Source of the DNA: a virus | Taxonomy: Duplodnaviria > Caudoviricetes | Reading direction: 5' to 3' (one strand) | Length of the DNA: 35,335 nt | IMG/VR virus record: IMGVR_UViG_3300022719_000275 | Coordinates: 1-35,335 of that record | Part shown: in pieces, positions 34,065-35,335 of the stretch | Layout: every line of letters begins with the position of its first letter | How positions within the stretch are numbered: position 1 is the stretch's first letter | Made by a program: the position numbers and the translations under genes | Notes under the pieces: generated by a model | The model's database searches: none | What the model was told of the DNA's origin: nothing | Seen by the model: only the letters and a program-made list of their open reading frames with translations

Positions 34065-34290
34065 ATTTTATTCCTAAATCTTCAGTTGAACTAGAACCTG
34101 TTGTTGCAAACCATCCCGGTACAGTGTCATTGTATTCAGCTATACTATCATTATGTTTCGTATTTAGATTATTTTTGATCTCGTCAAGGTGTTTTTCTAG
34201 TTCAAGTAATCTCTTGTACTGTTTTGAGTTCCTGATTTTTTCAATCTCTTCCCTGGTTAGTGCCTTTGTATAGTTTTCAATGTTATCCAT
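34057..34290 (-). CDS. Hypothetical coiled-coil protein
   Basis: 77-aa ORF coupled to the matrixin gene. Confidence 0.6.
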   Translation of the reverse strand: MDNIENYTKALTREEIEKIRNSKQYKRLLELEKHLDEIKNNLNTKHNDSIAEYNDTVPGWFATTGSSSTEDLGIKYD

Positions 34291-34987
34291 TTTTGAGTCC
34301 TCTTATCCTTTTGTGTATGATGAATTTTAGTATTTTGTATCTGAGCCAGTTGCGGAATAGTCTACTGCCGTATTTTTTCCTGATGTCGAGTATCTCCTGC
34401 GGTTTTAATTGCACTTCATCGTTGTAAAAGGGATACATGACGCATTTTCGGCAATCCTCAATATGGCGCAGTCCCAGCGAATGTCCTATTTCATGTATCA
34501 GTGTATGCACAATGTTGTATACCTTTACGTTTGATATCGAACCGTCGGGATTTGTTACAGGTGTTGAGCCTTCGGCGAGACCCCAAATGTAGTCGTCATT
34601 GAACACTATGATTCCTGAGACGTCGCCCTGTCCGGGAAAGTATGCATATGCTAGTGTGCCAGGCCGTTCGCGGAAAAGTTCGTCATGCTTTGACGTCCTG
34701 AATTCCAAAGTAATGTCAGGTGGATTGTTCGCATCAAATGGAATGTATTTTAGTTGCGATTTTATTTCAACATCCCACACGGTCATCGCCCAGTTCATTG
34801 CAAAGTGTTCAGGTTTTTCCCTTGGGATGTCCTCTGTACCTCTTATTACAGAATATGTTATGATATTATTTTCCCATTTATGGGGCCAGTCCTGAATCGA
34901 TTCTGTCTCAAAGTCAGCCTCTAATGTAGCAGTGTTTCTGATTCTAGCCAGACATTTTACCAGTTTATTTTGTGATTTATCTTTCAT
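34283..34987 (-). CDS. Matrixin-like (M10) zinc metallopeptidase
   Basis: GTLAYAYFP, HEIGHSLGLRH (HExxHxxGxxH), Met-turn VMYPFY. Confidence 0.92.
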   Translation of the reverse strand: MKDKSQNKLVKCLARIRNTATLEADFETESIQDWPHKWENNIITYSVIRGTEDIPREKPEHFAMNWAMTVWDVEIKSQLKYIPFDANNPPDITLEFRTSKHDELFRERPGTLAYAYFPGQGDVSGIIVFNDDYIWGLAEGSTPVTNPDGSISNVKVYNIVHTLIHEIGHSLGLRHIEDCRKCVMYPFYNDEVQLKPQEILDIRKKYGSRLFRNWLRYKILKFIIHKRIRGLKNG

Positions 34988-35121
34988 GATTCATCCCTCA
35001 TTTGATTGAAACTCTGTACTATGATATATTCTATCTGCTTTTTTCTGCTTCTGCCTTCTAGTTGTGCAGTTTCTTCTATTTTTCTGACGGTGTCAGCCTC
35101 AAGATCTATGTTGATTTTCAT
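34984..35121 (-). CDS. Ribbon-helix-helix-like protein (45 aa)
   Basis: MKINIDLEADTVRKIEETAQLEGRSRKKQIEYII. Confidence 0.7.
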   Translation of the reverse strand: MKINIDLEADTVRKIEETAQLEGRSRKKQIEYIIVQSFNQMRDES

Positions 35122-35122
35122 T

Positions 35123-35260
35123 CTAGATTTCAGCCTCCAGTACGGAATCAATGAGAACCAACCTTGAGTTTTTTCTTCCGCGTGGTGTCATGACCGTGCT
35201 TGTCACTTTATCGCATCTCATACAGTGAAATCTGACTCGTTGTCCTTCGTACCAGTTCAT
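35123..35260 (-). CDS. Chimeric 45-aa ORF (half Zn ribbon plus pentapeptide-gene C-terminus)
   Basis: MNWYEGQRVRFHCMRCDKVTSTVMTPRGRKNS-R-LVLIDSVLEAEI; 35164..35200 matches 424..460 (1 mismatch) and 35119..35162 equals 832..875. Confidence 0.65.
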   Translation of the reverse strand: MNWYEGQRVRFHCMRCDKVTSTVMTPRGRKNSRLVLIDSVLEAEI

Positions 35261-35335
35261 CTAGTTCTCAGCCTCTTCGATGATTTGAATTAAAATGTGG
35301 TCCGGGTGTCTCTTGTGGTGTCTTTCTGCCTTTTT
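35261..35335 (-). CDS. 3' end of a hypothetical gene (partial)
   Basis: ...KKAERHHKRHPDHILIQIIEEAEN* ending in the junction motif. Confidence 0.5.
   Translation of the reverse strand, partial: KKAERHHKRHPDHILIQIIEEAEN

Larger units (their letters stand above)
1..35335 (-). mobile_element. Near-complete head-tailed archaeal virus genome (Caudoviricetes-like)
   Basis: Terminase, portal, protease, scaffold, capsid and tail genes plus MCM, all on one strand; archaeal-type promoters; no host housekeeping genes; the two ends share sequence blocks. Confidence 0.9.

Noticed and set aside
1-35335. Integrase, att sites, DNA polymerase, PCNA or amoC
   Set aside because: No ORF shows recognisable motifs for these, so lifestyle and exact host cannot be fixed from this window.

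Overview
This window looks like a near-complete (~35 kb) genome of a head-tailed (HK97-lineage) archaeal virus. Every credible gene is on the minus strand. An archaeal host is supported by the MCM helicase, TATA boxes ~30 nt upstream of leaderless starts, oligo-U terminators and many Zn-finger/RHH microproteins; a Nitrososphaeria (thaumarchaeal) host is plausible but only inferred. Modules in transcription order (high to low coordinates): matrixin protease plus membrane proteins; ParB-like / ABC-ATPase / Mom-like GNAT / ASCH; small and large terminase; portal; head-fibre-like proteins; a multidomain prohead-protease polyprotein; GT2; scaffold; cement; major capsid; compact tail; tail fibre; a repeat-flanked cargo cassette; MCM plus adenine methyltransferase; an early region with pentapeptide-repeat and RHH genes. 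The two ends share sequence blocks and probably belong to one operon. No integrase, polymerase, reverse transcriptase, CRISPR array or tRNA was seen. Most notable: (1) a promoter-bearing, Y-shaped ~60-nt RNA (2999->2940) whose two loops are antisense to a GGAGAAGCAA(...AUGG) motif opening several leaderless viral mRNAs, including a mini-ORF upstream of MCM, with a second structured RNA beside it; (2) a standardised gene-junction motif with visibly chimeric genes; (3) a protease polyprotein with KTSC, HiPIP-like and zincin domains separated by candidate cleavage sites. All calls were made by eye; no searches or folding programs were run.
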